A DNA stretch of 64,000 bases from positions 32,001 to 96,000 of IMG/VR virus record IMGVR_UViG_3300042308_001049; one strand, written 5' to 3'. The notes below the pieces were generated by a model. It was not told the origin of the DNA. It saw only the letters and a list, made by a program, of their open reading frames with translations, and did not search any database. The DNA comes from a virus. The number at the start of each line of letters is the position of its first letter. The stretch's first letter is position 1. The translations under genes were made by a program, and so were the position numbers. Positions 16,094-27,300 of this stretch are shown here, piece after piece.

Positions 16094-16864
16094 ATGAATC
16101 TTACAGCAGAACAAATCCAAAACAATTGGGAAGTATTTTTAGGACTTATTGAAGAACATATCTCTTCACCTCGTAAAGAAAAACTCCTAGACTTCTATAA
16201 TCAGTACGCTGATCGCTTAATGCTAATGCCTGCTGCCCATAAAAAAGAATACCATAATGCTTTCCCAGGTGGTTATGTAGAACATGTTATTCGTGTTGTA
16301 CGTTGTGCTCTTAAACAACATCAACTATGGGCTGATGAAGGAGTAGATACAAGTACATACACTATGGAAGAACTTGTTTTTGCTGCAATCAACCATGACC
16401 TAGGTAAGATGGGTGATGAAGAAAATGAAGCTTATATTCCCCAAACTGATGAATGGAGACGAAATAAGCTAGGTGAAGATTATATGCATAATGATAAAAT
16501 TGCATTTGCCTCAGTTCCTGACCGTGGTCTTTATCTTCTTCAATCTCATGGCATTCAATATACCTTTAATGAGATGATAGGTATTCAAACTCATGATGGT
16601 TTATATGATGAAGCAAATAAGAAGTACTTTATGGGATTCACTCCTGAGGTTAAACCGCGTACTTCACTTCCTTATATTCTCCATTTTGCTGATATGATGG
16701 CTGCTCGTATTGAGTTTGAACGTGAATGGTTACCTAAGTTTAAAAATGGAACTGCTAAAACAGCCCCAGTTAAAAAAACAACTAACACTCCTTCAGTCAC
16801 CAAGCAAAAAGCACTTAGTGGAGTTAGAAGTGAAGGATTAAAAAATCTATTAGATAGTATATGA
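16094..16864 (+). CDS. HD-domain phosphohydrolase
   Basis: YHNAFPGGYVEH, NHDLGK, THDG, LHFAD. Confidence 0.88.
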   Translation: MNLTAEQIQNNWEVFLGLIEEHISSPRKEKLLDFYNQYADRLMLMPAAHKKEYHNAFPGGYVEHVIRVVRCALKQHQLWADEGVDTSTYTMEELVFAAINHDLGKMGDEENEAYIPQTDEWRRNKLGEDYMHNDKIAFASVPDRGLYLLQSHGIQYTFNEMIGIQTHDGLYDEANKKYFMGFTPEVKPRTSLPYILHFADMMAARIEFEREWLPKFKNGTAKTAPVKKTTNTPSVTKQKALSGVRSEGLKNLLDSI

Positions 16865-17154
16865 TAATTACCATTATTATACTTTTGGTTGCGGTCGTGA
16901 TCTTAGGATTCACGACCTTTAACCTTCTTAAGAAAGTTGAACGATACGAAGACGAACTTAACAAAAGACAAGAAGCTATTATCTCATACCAAGACTATAT
17001 TAATGGTTTAGGTAGTACTGTAGAATTTATGATTAAGCGGATTGATGAAGTTGATGCTAAAGGTACTTTTAAAAGTGATGATGAAGTAGGATTTTTCTTT
17101 GATCGACTTAAAATGTTAAACGATATGTTAAGACCCTATAACATAAAATTATGA
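16861..17154 (+). CDS. Membrane-anchored coiled-coil protein
   Basis: N-terminal hydrophobic helix; FKSDDEVGFFF. Confidence 0.75.
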   Translation: MIITIIILLVAVVILGFTTFNLLKKVERYEDELNKRQEAIISYQDYINGLGSTVEFMIKRIDEVDAKGTFKSDDEVGFFFDRLKMLNDMLRPYNIKL

Positions 17155-17873
17155 GTGAAGAAATAATCCCTAAAAAGAAAAAAGGTGTACAATACTTCAC
17201 TCAGGAAACAGAGGATGCTATTGTAAGATATAATAAAGCAACTAATACATTAGAAAAAGAAAGAATATATCATAGATATATTCATTACCCATTTTTTAAA
17301 CTTACTGAGAATATTATTCATACCTTTAAATTCTATTATACAGAAGTAGAAAATATTGAAGATCTTCAGCATGAGGTAATTACCTTTCTTCTCTCTAAAA
17401 TACATCTATACGATCAGACTAAAGGATCTAAAGCATACTCTTACTTTGGTACAATTGCAAAACGTTATTTAATTATATCCAACACACGAAACTACAAGCG
17501 TAGAATCGATAAGGCACCTGTTGAAGGATTAGATGAGAATGAAAAATTTTCTTATCAAATTGAAGAAACATTACAAGATGCTCATGATGATAAACTATCA
17601 TATTATATAGATGAGTTTACAGTGTATTGTACTGAGAATATTTTTGAGTTGTTTCCTAAAGATGAAGATGCTCAAATTGCTGATGCTATTTTAGAACTAT
17701 TCCGTAAACGTGACAGTATAGACGTTTTTAATAAGAAAGCATTATATATCTACATTAGGGAACAGATAGACGCTAAAACCCCAAAAATAACTAAAATAGC
17801 AGGACAATTATACAGTATATTTAGATCCAACTATATACATTATTTAGAACACGGTTATGTAGAGTTTAAATAA
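17151..17873 (+). CDS. Phage sigma factor, T4 gp55-like (late transcription)
   Basis: Region-2-like segment EDLQHEVITFLLSKIHLYDQTKGSKAYSYFGTIAKRYLI. Confidence 0.65.
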   Translation: MSEEIIPKKKKGVQYFTQETEDAIVRYNKATNTLEKERIYHRYIHYPFFKLTENIIHTFKFYYTEVENIEDLQHEVITFLLSKIHLYDQTKGSKAYSYFGTIAKRYLIISNTRNYKRRIDKAPVEGLDENEKFSYQIEETLQDAHDDKLSYYIDEFTVYCTENIFELFPKDEDAQIADAILELFRKRDSIDVFNKKALYIYIREQIDAKTPKITKIAGQLYSIFRSNYIHYLEHGYVEFK

Positions 17874-17876
17874 ATA

Positions 17877-17884
17877 TATTTATA
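17877..17884 (+). promoter_or_regulatory. Late-type promoter TATTTAT(A) without -33 box (representative copy)
   Basis: Also at 12782, 20271, 35194, 41164, 44617, 46048, 52291, 57825, 59724, 62922, each just upstream of a gene. Confidence 0.7.
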
Positions 17885-17887
17885 ACC

Positions 17888-18223
17888 ATGAGCCAGTTTG
17901 ATAAAACCGTATTTGGTAAAAAGAAATTCTCTGATTTATTAGAGGAAATCTATGACAATCAAAAGAAAAAAGATAAGCAAATAAATGCTCTTATCAATGA
18001 ACTAAAACCTATGATTGAAGAAATAGGTGACGCTACTCTCTTAGTTCCCTTAATTAAAGAATACCTAGAAATGGGCATCAAAAATGATGACCTATTAATT
18101 AAAATGGCTGCCCTAGCACAACGTGCAATGAATAGTGAAGCAACTGATGCTGGCTTAGGAATTTCAGACGAAGAAAAACAACAATTACTTGATGAGATAA
18201 GTAAGTTTAAATCTGAGGAGTAA
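17888..18223 (+). CDS. Hypothetical helical late protein
   Basis: ORF track; late motif immediately upstream. Confidence 0.8.
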   Translation: MSQFDKTVFGKKKFSDLLEEIYDNQKKKDKQINALINELKPMIEEIGDATLLVPLIKEYLEMGIKNDDLLIKMAALAQRAMNSEATDAGLGISDEEKQQLLDEISKFKSEE

Positions 18224-19422
18224 TGGCTAAAACAAATAGGTCAGGTGGTGTTTTAGGGGCTTTACTTGATAAGTCTAGATTTTCTATAGCTTTTCCTGTT
18301 CAAAATGTAGGTAGAGTAGTTAGCATAGTATTAGATGAGACTCATCCGCGTTGGAAAGAACTTGGTGAATGGAATGGTTTAGGTACAATTGAATATGTTT
18401 TAGTTGACCAACCTGTATCTCCAAACCAATCTTATCCTACAGCTAAACCCTATGATCCTTCTACTAGGAATTTACCTTTAATAAATGAGATAGTATTTAT
18501 CTCTTCTTTCCCAAATACTGATATAGGTGAATTTGCTTCATCTAAGACAGCTTATTATATGAGTGTTGTGGGTATTTGGAATCATCCCCACCATAATGCT
18601 TTTCCTCAAAACTCTAATATATTACCTCCCTCACAACAAAAAGATTATGTTGAGACAGAGTTAGGTAGTGTAAGAAGAGTAACAGATCAATCTACTGAGA
18701 TATTTTTAGGAAGAACATTTGTTGAAAGAGGGAATATACATCCACTCTTACCATTTGAAGGAGATAGAATTTTTGAGGGTAGGTGGGGTAATTCAATCCG
18801 TTTAGGATCTACTGTTAAAAATACTCCTAATACATGGTCTTCTATAGGAACTAATGGCGACCCTATTACTATTATTCGTAATGGTCAAGGTAATCAAACA
18901 GATGAAGGATGGATTCCAACTATAGAAGATATTAATAATGATGATACTTCTATATATTTTACTAGTACTCAAAAAATACCTTTAAAAGCCTCTAGTACTT
19001 CTTACTCTAGTTATACTTCTAATCCACCAACCCAACCTAATGAGTACTCTGGTAAACAGCTTATTCTAAACTCAGGCCGTTTAGTATTTAATACTACAGA
19101 AGATCATTTACTTTTATCATCAACTAAAACTGTAAATATCAATGCTTTAAACAGTTTCAATGTTGACTCACCACAGTCAGTGATTCAATCCAATAGCGTG
19201 TTATTAGGTGGGGCTAATGCGGTACAACCATTACTTTACGGTGATACTACTATAACTCTTTTAACTCAATTAGTAGACCAATTATCTCTTTTAAGTGCAA
19301 CTTTAACAAATATCCCAGTTTCTACAGTTGCATCAGCAGCTGGTCAGTTTATAACTTATTTAACTACCTTAAAGGTTCAATTAGAGACTACAACTAAATC
19401 GAATATAAGTAAAACTCTGTAA
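18223..19422 (+). CDS. Baseplate hub/spike protein (gp5/gpV-like)
   Basis: LPLINEIV OB-fold-like segment, EGDRIFEGRWGNSIRLG, beta-rich C-terminus; position next to wedge genes. Confidence 0.6.
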   Translation: MAKTNRSGGVLGALLDKSRFSIAFPVQNVGRVVSIVLDETHPRWKELGEWNGLGTIEYVLVDQPVSPNQSYPTAKPYDPSTRNLPLINEIVFISSFPNTDIGEFASSKTAYYMSVVGIWNHPHHNAFPQNSNILPPSQQKDYVETELGSVRRVTDQSTEIFLGRTFVERGNIHPLLPFEGDRIFEGRWGNSIRLGSTVKNTPNTWSSIGTNGDPITIIRNGQGNQTDEGWIPTIEDINNDDTSIYFTSTQKIPLKASSTSYSSYTSNPPTQPNEYSGKQLILNSGRLVFNTTEDHLLLSSTKTVNINALNSFNVDSPQSVIQSNSVLLGGANAVQPLLYGDTTITLLTQLVDQLSLLSATLTNIPVSTVASAAGQFITYLTTLKVQLETTTKSNISKTL

Positions 19423-20264
19423 TGGCTGGGATTGATATAACTTCTATACAAAATGCTATCTCTGATCCTAAATCAGCTTTAGTAAAATTGTCTTTACTAT
19501 TAATTAAAAAAACATCAGATAACGAGAATTTAATTAAATTACCTTTAGAAAATTTACTAAAACAAATCCCAACAGACGGCACTTGCCCAGATCCTCAAAC
19601 ACTACAAAATATTATAGACAAACGAAACAATATTGTAGAGTTTCTAAATAAATTTAGTACATTTTTAGATACTGTAATTTTTACATATACTGGAGTTAGT
19701 GTTGCTTTTGATGTTGCTTTATCTACTATAACTGGGTTGAAATTAACTAAAACCACAGCTTCAGGTGGAGTAAAAATTTTACCCACAGCACCCGGTTTTG
19801 TTACTGCTCTTTTAAGTGATTTAGGTGATTTAACAGATAATTTAACTTATAATTCTTTAGGTGAATCTAAATTAGTTAAAAGAAAACAAGACCTAGATAC
19901 TTTAGCAATTGCTTTAAATATAGTATCTTCTTTTGTAAAAAATGTAGTGACTATTTTAAATTCTTTAGACGCGGCACTTTCATTATGTTTACAACCAAAC
20001 CAAACTCTAAATCCTGTAAGTGATAATCTTCAAAAAATATTAACAGATAATCAACAATCTGTAGATAATTCAACTTATCAAGGTTTTATATTCAAAATAG
20101 AAGAAGTACCTTTCAGCTCTACTGTTACTCGTAGAAAAGCAGTTGCATTTAATCAATCCGGTATTCCTTTAATAGAGACACCTCTATCGTTTACAACTAA
20201 CGATCGAACATTAATTGATGAACTTAAATTAATTATTGACAGAGACAATTTAAAAGCCTACTAA
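19422..20264 (+). CDS. Hypothetical virion-module protein
   Basis: ORF track; coupled to neighbour. Confidence 0.75.
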   Translation: MAGIDITSIQNAISDPKSALVKLSLLLIKKTSDNENLIKLPLENLLKQIPTDGTCPDPQTLQNIIDKRNNIVEFLNKFSTFLDTVIFTYTGVSVAFDVALSTITGLKLTKTTASGGVKILPTAPGFVTALLSDLGDLTDNLTYNSLGESKLVKRKQDLDTLAIALNIVSSFVKNVVTILNSLDAALSLCLQPNQTLNPVSDNLQKILTDNQQSVDNSTYQGFIFKIEEVPFSSTVTRRKAVAFNQSGIPLIETPLSFTTNDRTLIDELKLIIDRDNLKAY

Positions 20265-20282
20265 ATTCAATATTTATAACAG

Positions 20283-20651
20283 ATGAAACCAAGTGAATTA
20301 AAATCATTTATCAAAGACGCAGTTAGAGAAGCTATCCAAGAGGAACTAAAAGATATCCTTTTGGAAGCAGTTCGTGCACCTAAAACACAAGTGGTTGAAT
20401 CATATACTCAACCAATTCAACCTCAACCAAGTACTACATCAGCAACTGATAAAAGAGCTATGATGGAAAGTATTATGGGCGATATGAGAAGAGGACAAGA
20501 TACTCTTTCATTTAACTCAATGGATGCTAGAGGAATGGGTATGAATCAAACTACAATGCAAGTACCTTCAGGTGCTATGCCTGGTAGTGATTTACCAGCA
20601 GGTAATGTTGGTTTAGATATGATTATGGGATTAATGAAAGGAGGTAAGTAA
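20283..20651 (+). CDS. Hypothetical late protein with MKxSELK...IQEE tag
   Basis: ORF track; late motif at 20271. Confidence 0.75.
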   Translation: MKPSELKSFIKDAVREAIQEELKDILLEAVRAPKTQVVESYTQPIQPQPSTTSATDKRAMMESIMGDMRRGQDTLSFNSMDARGMGMNQTTMQVPSGAMPGSDLPAGNVGLDMIMGLMKGGK

Positions 20652-21058
20652 TGGCATTTGGAGCACAAAAGATATTTCCAATTGATACCAAACCAGGAAC
20701 AGCTGTTGGTGTTGCTATTCCTTTTAATGCTCCAGGTGTTTTTTATTCTACCTATACCACAAAAGACGCTATAAGAAATAATCTTATAAATTTTTTTCTA
20801 ACTAACCCACCCGAAAGATATCTTAACCCTACATTTGGCTCAGGTTTAAGAGCTTTTATTTTTGAACAAATTACTACTGGTAATTTAGATGGTCTTAAAG
20901 AGAATATTCAATCACAACTATCTCGTTTTTTTCCTAATGTACTTGTAGCTAGTTTAGATATATTTCAAGACCCAGACACTAATACTATAACAGTATCCTT
21001 AACTTACAATGTTATAGATACCGCTATATCAGACGAAATTCAAATAGCATTCAACTAA
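20651..21058 (+). CDS. Baseplate wedge subunit, gp25/GPW-like
   Basis: NLINFFLTNPPERYLNPTFGSGLRAFIFE. Confidence 0.85.
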   Translation: MAFGAQKIFPIDTKPGTAVGVAIPFNAPGVFYSTYTTKDAIRNNLINFFLTNPPERYLNPTFGSGLRAFIFEQITTGNLDGLKENIQSQLSRFFPNVLVASLDIFQDPDTNTITVSLTYNVIDTAISDEIQIAFN

Positions 21059-22923
21059 TGGCCGTAAGACGTAACATACAGTATATAAACAAGGATTTTA
21101 CCGAGTTAAGAGCGAGTTTAATTAACTACGCTCGTACTTATTTCCCTACAACCTACAATGACTTTTCTCCAGCATCACCAGGTATGATGTTTATGGAAAT
21201 GGCAGCTTATGTAGGTGATATTATGTCTTTCTATTTGGATAACCAAATCCAAGAGACATACTTACAGTATGCCCGTCAAACAAATAATTTATATGAGTTA
21301 GCTTATATGTTTGGTTATAAACCAAATGTAACTCAAGTTGCTACAGTTGATATTGAATTTTACCAACAAGTCCCAGCAACAGGATTTATAGGATCTCAAT
21401 CTCCAGACTTTAGCTATGCTTTATCAATACCAGCTAATACTGTAATATCTTCTACACCTCCTAATAGTGTCTCTTTTATTATAGAAGACCCAGTTGATTT
21501 TAGTGTTTCATCTTCAGGTGACCCTACAGAAGTAACAGTTTATCAAGTATCAAGTGGAGGTTTAGTAGTGGACTATTTCTTATTAAGAAAAGTTCGTAAA
21601 GCTATATCCTCTACTATTAATACTACCTCATTCTCATTTGGGGCTCCTCAACAGTTTGCTACAGTAGAAATAAATTCACCTAACATAGTAGGTATTTTAG
21701 ATATAGTAGATAGTAATGGAAATGTCTGGTATGAAGTAGATTATTTAGCTCAAGATACTGTTTTTGACTCTATCAAGAATACTAATGTAAATGATCCTAA
21801 CCTATCACAGTACCAAGGTGATACCCCATTCCTTTTACAATTAAAACAAGTACAAAGAAGATTTACAACTCGTTTCTTAAACAGTACTACTCTCCAACTA
21901 CAATTCGGAGCTGGAACCTCAGCTGATACTGATGAGGAAATTTTACCTAACCCAGATAATGTTGGTTTAGGTTTACCGTTTGAGATTGATAAATTAACAA
22001 CAGCATTTGCTCCTTCAAACTTTGTATTTACTAAAACATATGGTATAGCCCCATCAAATACCACTTTAACTGTTAGATACTTAACAGGTGGAGGAGTCTC
22101 AGCCAATGTACCAGCTAATACAATTACGTCAATTACAAGCGGTACTCCCCAATTTTTAAATAATAATTTAAATACTAATACAGCCAATTATATATTTGGA
22201 ACTTTAGCTGTTAACAATTTAGCAGCAGCTGATGGGGGTGGTGATGGAGACACAGCTGAAGAGATTAGACAAAATGCTTCAGCAAACTTTGCAACTCAAT
22301 TGCGTAACGTAACTCAAGATGATTATTTAGTAAGAGCACTTTCAATACCTTCTAAATTTGGAGTAATAGCTAAAGCCTATATAGAACCTACAAAAGCTCA
22401 ATCAGTACAATCCGGAGCTGCAGCTTCTGTACTTGATTTGTATGTTCTTTCTTTTGATATTAATAGTAAACTAAGAACAGCCTCAGTAGCTCTTAAACAA
22501 AATCTATCTACTTACCTTTCTCAATATAGAATGGTAAATGATTCAATCAATATTAAAGACGCATTTATTATTAATATCGGGGTTAATTTTGATATTATAG
22601 TACTTCCAAACTTCAACTCAAATGAAGTACTAACTAGATGTATTTTGGCTATGCAAGATTTTTTTGCTATTAAGAACTGGCAGATTAATGAACCTATTAT
22701 TCTAAGAGATTTATATGTTATCTTAGATGAAATTGAAGGAGTGCAAACTGTTAAAAATATTACAATATCAAATAAAGTAGGTGTTAATTTAGGATACTCT
22801 GAGTTTGCTTATGACATTCCCGGAGCTACAGTTAATAATGTAGTTTATCCATCAATAGATCCTATGATTTTTGAAGTAAAATATCCTAATACTGATATTC
22901 AAGGTAGAGTAGTAAACTTATAA
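21058..22923 (+). CDS. Baseplate wedge subunit, gp6/baseplate J-like
   Basis: KDFTELRASL, YLTGGG, GGGDGDTAEEIR, RNVTQDDY. Confidence 0.88.
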   Translation: MAVRRNIQYINKDFTELRASLINYARTYFPTTYNDFSPASPGMMFMEMAAYVGDIMSFYLDNQIQETYLQYARQTNNLYELAYMFGYKPNVTQVATVDIEFYQQVPATGFIGSQSPDFSYALSIPANTVISSTPPNSVSFIIEDPVDFSVSSSGDPTEVTVYQVSSGGLVVDYFLLRKVRKAISSTINTTSFSFGAPQQFATVEINSPNIVGILDIVDSNGNVWYEVDYLAQDTVFDSIKNTNVNDPNLSQYQGDTPFLLQLKQVQRRFTTRFLNSTTLQLQFGAGTSADTDEEILPNPDNVGLGLPFEIDKLTTAFAPSNFVFTKTYGIAPSNTTLTVRYLTGGGVSANVPANTITSITSGTPQFLNNNLNTNTANYIFGTLAVNNLAAADGGGDGDTAEEIRQNASANFATQLRNVTQDDYLVRALSIPSKFGVIAKAYIEPTKAQSVQSGAAASVLDLYVLSFDINSKLRTASVALKQNLSTYLSQYRMVNDSINIKDAFIINIGVNFDIIVLPNFNSNEVLTRCILAMQDFFAIKNWQINEPIILRDLYVILDEIEGVQTVKNITISNKVGVNLGYSEFAYDIPGATVNNVVYPSIDPMIFEVKYPNTDIQGRVVNL

Positions 22924-22927
22924 GACA

Positions 22928-24031
22928 ATGGCTGTATATAAAATTTTCCCAGAAAAAGACGCTACTATATATTCGTTGTTCCCAACAATGAATACTGGTA
23001 TTGATGAAATCTTAGATATTTCAAATTTAAATTTTTCAATTAGTAGTAACGCTCAAGTAGCTAGATATTTAATTAAATTTAATCAAGAACAACTTAATAA
23101 TGCTGTTAATAATTTAGCAGATGGGGCTCAATGGGATGCTGATTTAAGATGTTTCATAGCTACTGCTCAAGGTATCAATATAGACTCTTATTTAGAAGTT
23201 TACCCAGTCTCTGGATCTTGGGGTATGGGTACTGGGAAATATTTGGACCAACCTATAGTAACTAATGGTACAAGCTGGCAGTGGAGAACTTTTGAAGGTG
23301 GGATAGCATGGGCTACATCATCTGCAAATCCCAATGTTACAGCTTCATACTCTGGGTCTAATTATGGAGGAGGTAACTGGTATGGCACCCCATCAGCAAA
23401 TCAAGAATTTACTTATAATTCAGATAAAGACTTAAAAGTATCTGTCACTGATTTTATTGACACTTGGTATAGTGGTACTATATCTAATGATGGATTTATA
23501 GTAAAGTGGGAAGATATTATAGAATTTAATCAAAATTTAAATGTACAACCTGTCCTACAGTACTACTCAATGGACACTCATACAATCTATCCTCCATGTA
23601 TAGATTTTAAATGGAATGATTTTACTTATAATACTTCATCTAATATACCATTATTAACAACCCCTCAAGCTTATCTTTCTATAGCAAATAATAATGGATT
23701 TTTCTATAGCCAAAGTGTTCAAGAATTTAGAGTAGATTGTCGTCCTCAATATCCACCTATTGTTTTTCAAACAGCCTCTATCTATACTCAAAACTATTAC
23801 TTACCTACAGCCTCATATTGGGCTATTAAGGATTTAGATACAAATGAGTATGTTATAGATTTTGATTCAACTTATACTAAATTAAGTGCTGATACTACTT
23901 CTAGTCTTTTCACAGTGTATATGAATGGTCTACAACCTGAGAGATATTATACAATCCTAATTCAAACTACTATTGGAGGAACAACTCAGGTGATAGATAG
24001 TAATTATAACTTTAAGGTTATTAATGGATAA
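22928..24031 (+). CDS. Virion structural protein (DNRLRE-like beta domain)
   Basis: PEKDATIYS...NTGIDEIL...RYLIKF; baseplate context. Confidence 0.55.
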   Translation: MAVYKIFPEKDATIYSLFPTMNTGIDEILDISNLNFSISSNAQVARYLIKFNQEQLNNAVNNLADGAQWDADLRCFIATAQGINIDSYLEVYPVSGSWGMGTGKYLDQPIVTNGTSWQWRTFEGGIAWATSSANPNVTASYSGSNYGGGNWYGTPSANQEFTYNSDKDLKVSVTDFIDTWYSGTISNDGFIVKWEDIIEFNQNLNVQPVLQYYSMDTHTIYPPCIDFKWNDFTYNTSSNIPLLTTPQAYLSIANNNGFFYSQSVQEFRVDCRPQYPPIVFQTASIYTQNYYLPTASYWAIKDLDTNEYVIDFDSTYTKLSADTTSSLFTVYMNGLQPERYYTILIQTTIGGTTQVIDSNYNFKVING

Positions 24032-24387
24032 TGGCTCAACAGGTAACTTTAACTAAACAAGTCTATGATAAGAATCAATACCAAAAGGTAATTGATACTT
24101 CATTTACCCAACTTGTTCAACCTACTACAACTACTACTGATTCTGCTTTACCTTCAGTAGACCAATTCTTTGATTATTATAATCAATTATTTTTTGATAT
24201 ACCTAAATTTGGAGAAATAAATTCTCATGAGTATCTTATCAAGACTAGCCAAGAATACATTGGTACTTCAAATATAGTAAATGATGAAATTCAAGCGCTA
24301 ATTAATGAAATAACAGAGTTAAGACAAGAAAATTTAGAATTACAACAACAATTGTTTACCACAGTCCAAAATACAAGTAATGGCTAA
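24031..24387 (+). CDS. Hypothetical structural protein
   Basis: ORF track; C-terminal coiled coil. Confidence 0.75.
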   Translation: MAQQVTLTKQVYDKNQYQKVIDTSFTQLVQPTTTTTDSALPSVDQFFDYYNQLFFDIPKFGEINSHEYLIKTSQEYIGTSNIVNDEIQALINEITELRQENLELQQQLFTTVQNTSNG

Positions 24388-27300
24388 TACAGTAACTATA
24401 AATAATATTCCAAGTAACTTTTTTGAATTGCAGGACTACTCAATTCAAGATGATAATCTTATAACTAATAGTACTGTACAATCTACTTTTGATCCTTTAC
24501 AAAATTATGTTTCATATTTTATTTATAATTTAAATAATGAAATAATTTACTCTAATGAAGCTGGGTTTAGTGGATGGAGTTTTATAAATGGTCAGGTTTA
24601 TCTTGATCCTCAAAGAGATCTTGAGCGAGTAGGATTTACTATAGGTGAGTATAATACTTTATATACATTCCTCAATAATGAGGCTTCTAGTTCTATCTTT
24701 AACCAATACTACATTGAGACTATCTCCCCAGATAGAACTGAAATTAGGCTTAATACTACTCAGATTCTTAATGCTAATGTAATAAATGGGGTTAATGCTT
24801 TAGCTACTAAAATCCAAAATAGCCCACTTACATATTTTGACTTTTACCTTAACTTTGGAGAAAATCAATTAGTAATTGCTAACAATATTCTGTTAGATAC
24901 TACCAACCCAAATGACCCAACTGTTCTAATTAAGTTATATGAACCTCTTCCTATAAACTTTACTTTAAAGGATGAATGTTGGATTGTCACTCAAGTAGCT
25001 CAACCTATTGCTTATAACATTAATATTGTTGAGATATTTGAACCACTAAGTGATTTAACTTATTTAAAAGGTCCTAACTTAAACCTTAATGTTAAAGACC
25101 AGATAAATAACTCCACAGCGTATACTAATTATGATACTTTATCATCTTCAACTTATGCTGCAGGCCCTAACAATCTACAATATCAAGTTAACAGTATTTT
25201 AGCTGAACGTGGGGTTGAAATTAATATTGATTACTCTGATTATAGTAATTTTATATATTTTTCTTCAGCGTTAACTCGTTTAGAAAATTTCTATTATAAA
25301 CTCCAATTAATTGAAGAATACAGTTACAGTGCTAGTTTATCTAACTTAGCGGGTTCTAGTGCTCAGGTTGTTACTAGTAAAAATATTTGGGAGGAAAAAA
25401 TTAATGAAATTATAACTACATTTGATGGTTATGATTATTATCTTTACTATTCTTCAGGTTCAACAGCATGGCCTAAAACCAATTCAGTTTACCCCTACAA
25501 CAATGCTACTACTGACTCGGTTGCAGGATTAACGTTTATACAAAGTCAATCTTTAGTAGCGGCCGATTACGACGAAAATAATAACAATGCGTTAATCAAC
25601 GCTATCCCAGCGTATTTAAGGGAAGATGAAGCGAATGCTCAATACGAATTGTTTATTGAGATGTTAGGTGAAATGTTTGATAACATTTGGATCTATTATC
25701 AAGATGTAACTGAAAAATGGAATGCTGATAACCGTTTACAATATGGTGTTTCTAAAGATATTGTAGCAGACGTCTTAAGAGATCTCGGTTTAAAAATCTA
25801 CCAAAGTAGTTTTGGTTCAGCTGATTTATATACTGCTCTATTAGGGGTTACTCCTTCAGGAAGTGATTTTCCATTCCCTTACATGACAGGTTCCTTACCT
25901 ACCCCAACAGGATTTGAGTACATTAATTCATCTATCTCTGCTTCAAATGGGGCCGTTCCTTTAGAAGACATTGAAAAAGGAACATATAAGAGATTATACC
26001 ACAACCTACCACTTCTTCTAAAGAAAAAAGGTACAACAGTTGGTATTCAAGATCTTATTACAGTTTATGGTATTCCAAGTACAATTTTAAGAGTAGCTGA
26101 ATTTGGTGGTAAAGATAAAGATGAATCAAACGATTGGGATTACTATAAGCAGAGATATAACTATAAGTTTGACACTAGAACTAATGGTTGGATCCAAACC
26201 GAATGGGCTTTAAATAGTGATTGGGGGGTAACTCCTGCTAAATCACTCGAATTTAGATTCAAAACCCCAGGATTAAATTCAGCTTTATCATTTGTTAATC
26301 AATCATTATGGAGTTTAGATGATGGCAGCCTAACTAAAATAGTATTAGAATATACAGGATCAGGATATGCTTCAGGTTCATATAGTGGATCAATAGCTAA
26401 TCCTTATAACGAATATGCTAATCTAAAACTTATTATAGGATCAGATTCAGCAAGTGTTTATTTACCATTCTTTGATGGAGATTGGTGGTCAGTTGGTGTA
26501 ACAGTAGATCATTCAAATGGTTCTGCTAATTTTACACTTTATGCAGCTAATAACATTTACAATGGTAATGATGGTTCTACTATAGGATTTATAGCTTCAT
26601 CTTCAGTAAACACTAGTAATTCAACTTGGAACGCTGGTACTACTTCATATTTCCCATCTGACTCTAGAAATAATATAGGTAAATATAGACCATTTACAGG
26701 ATCTTATCAAGAAATAAGATACTATACAGAAGTTATTACAGATTCTCTATTTAGAGACTATACAATGAACCCAGATTCAGTTGAGAGTACTTCAACTGAT
26801 CCTGAGTTAACTAAATTAGCATTTAGAGCTTCTTTAGGAGGTGAACTATATACTGGGTCAGTTTCAATACATCCTAAAGTAACTGGTTCTTGGGTTGCTA
26901 CTTCATCATTTGCTTCAGATAGTAACTTTACAGTTACAGGAGGTGATTATACTTCAAATACTGAAACAGTATACCTAGATCAACCAGCAGCTGGTATTAA
27001 AAATATTGTATCGAATAAGATACAAGTTGTAGATATGAACCTACCTTCAGGTAGTACTTTATCTCAATACCGCTCAATTCAACAACAACCTCCTGGTGGT
27101 AGTACTTATACTGAGAACTTAGCATATACTGAGGTAGCTTTCTCTCCACAAAACGAAATCAACGATGATATTATGGATCAACTTGGTTTCTTTAATATGG
27201 GAGACTATATAGGTGATCCAAGACAACGCTTTAATCAAGATACTTCATATCCTGATTTGGATAAGTTAAGAAATGCTTACTTTGAAAAATATATAGGTAA

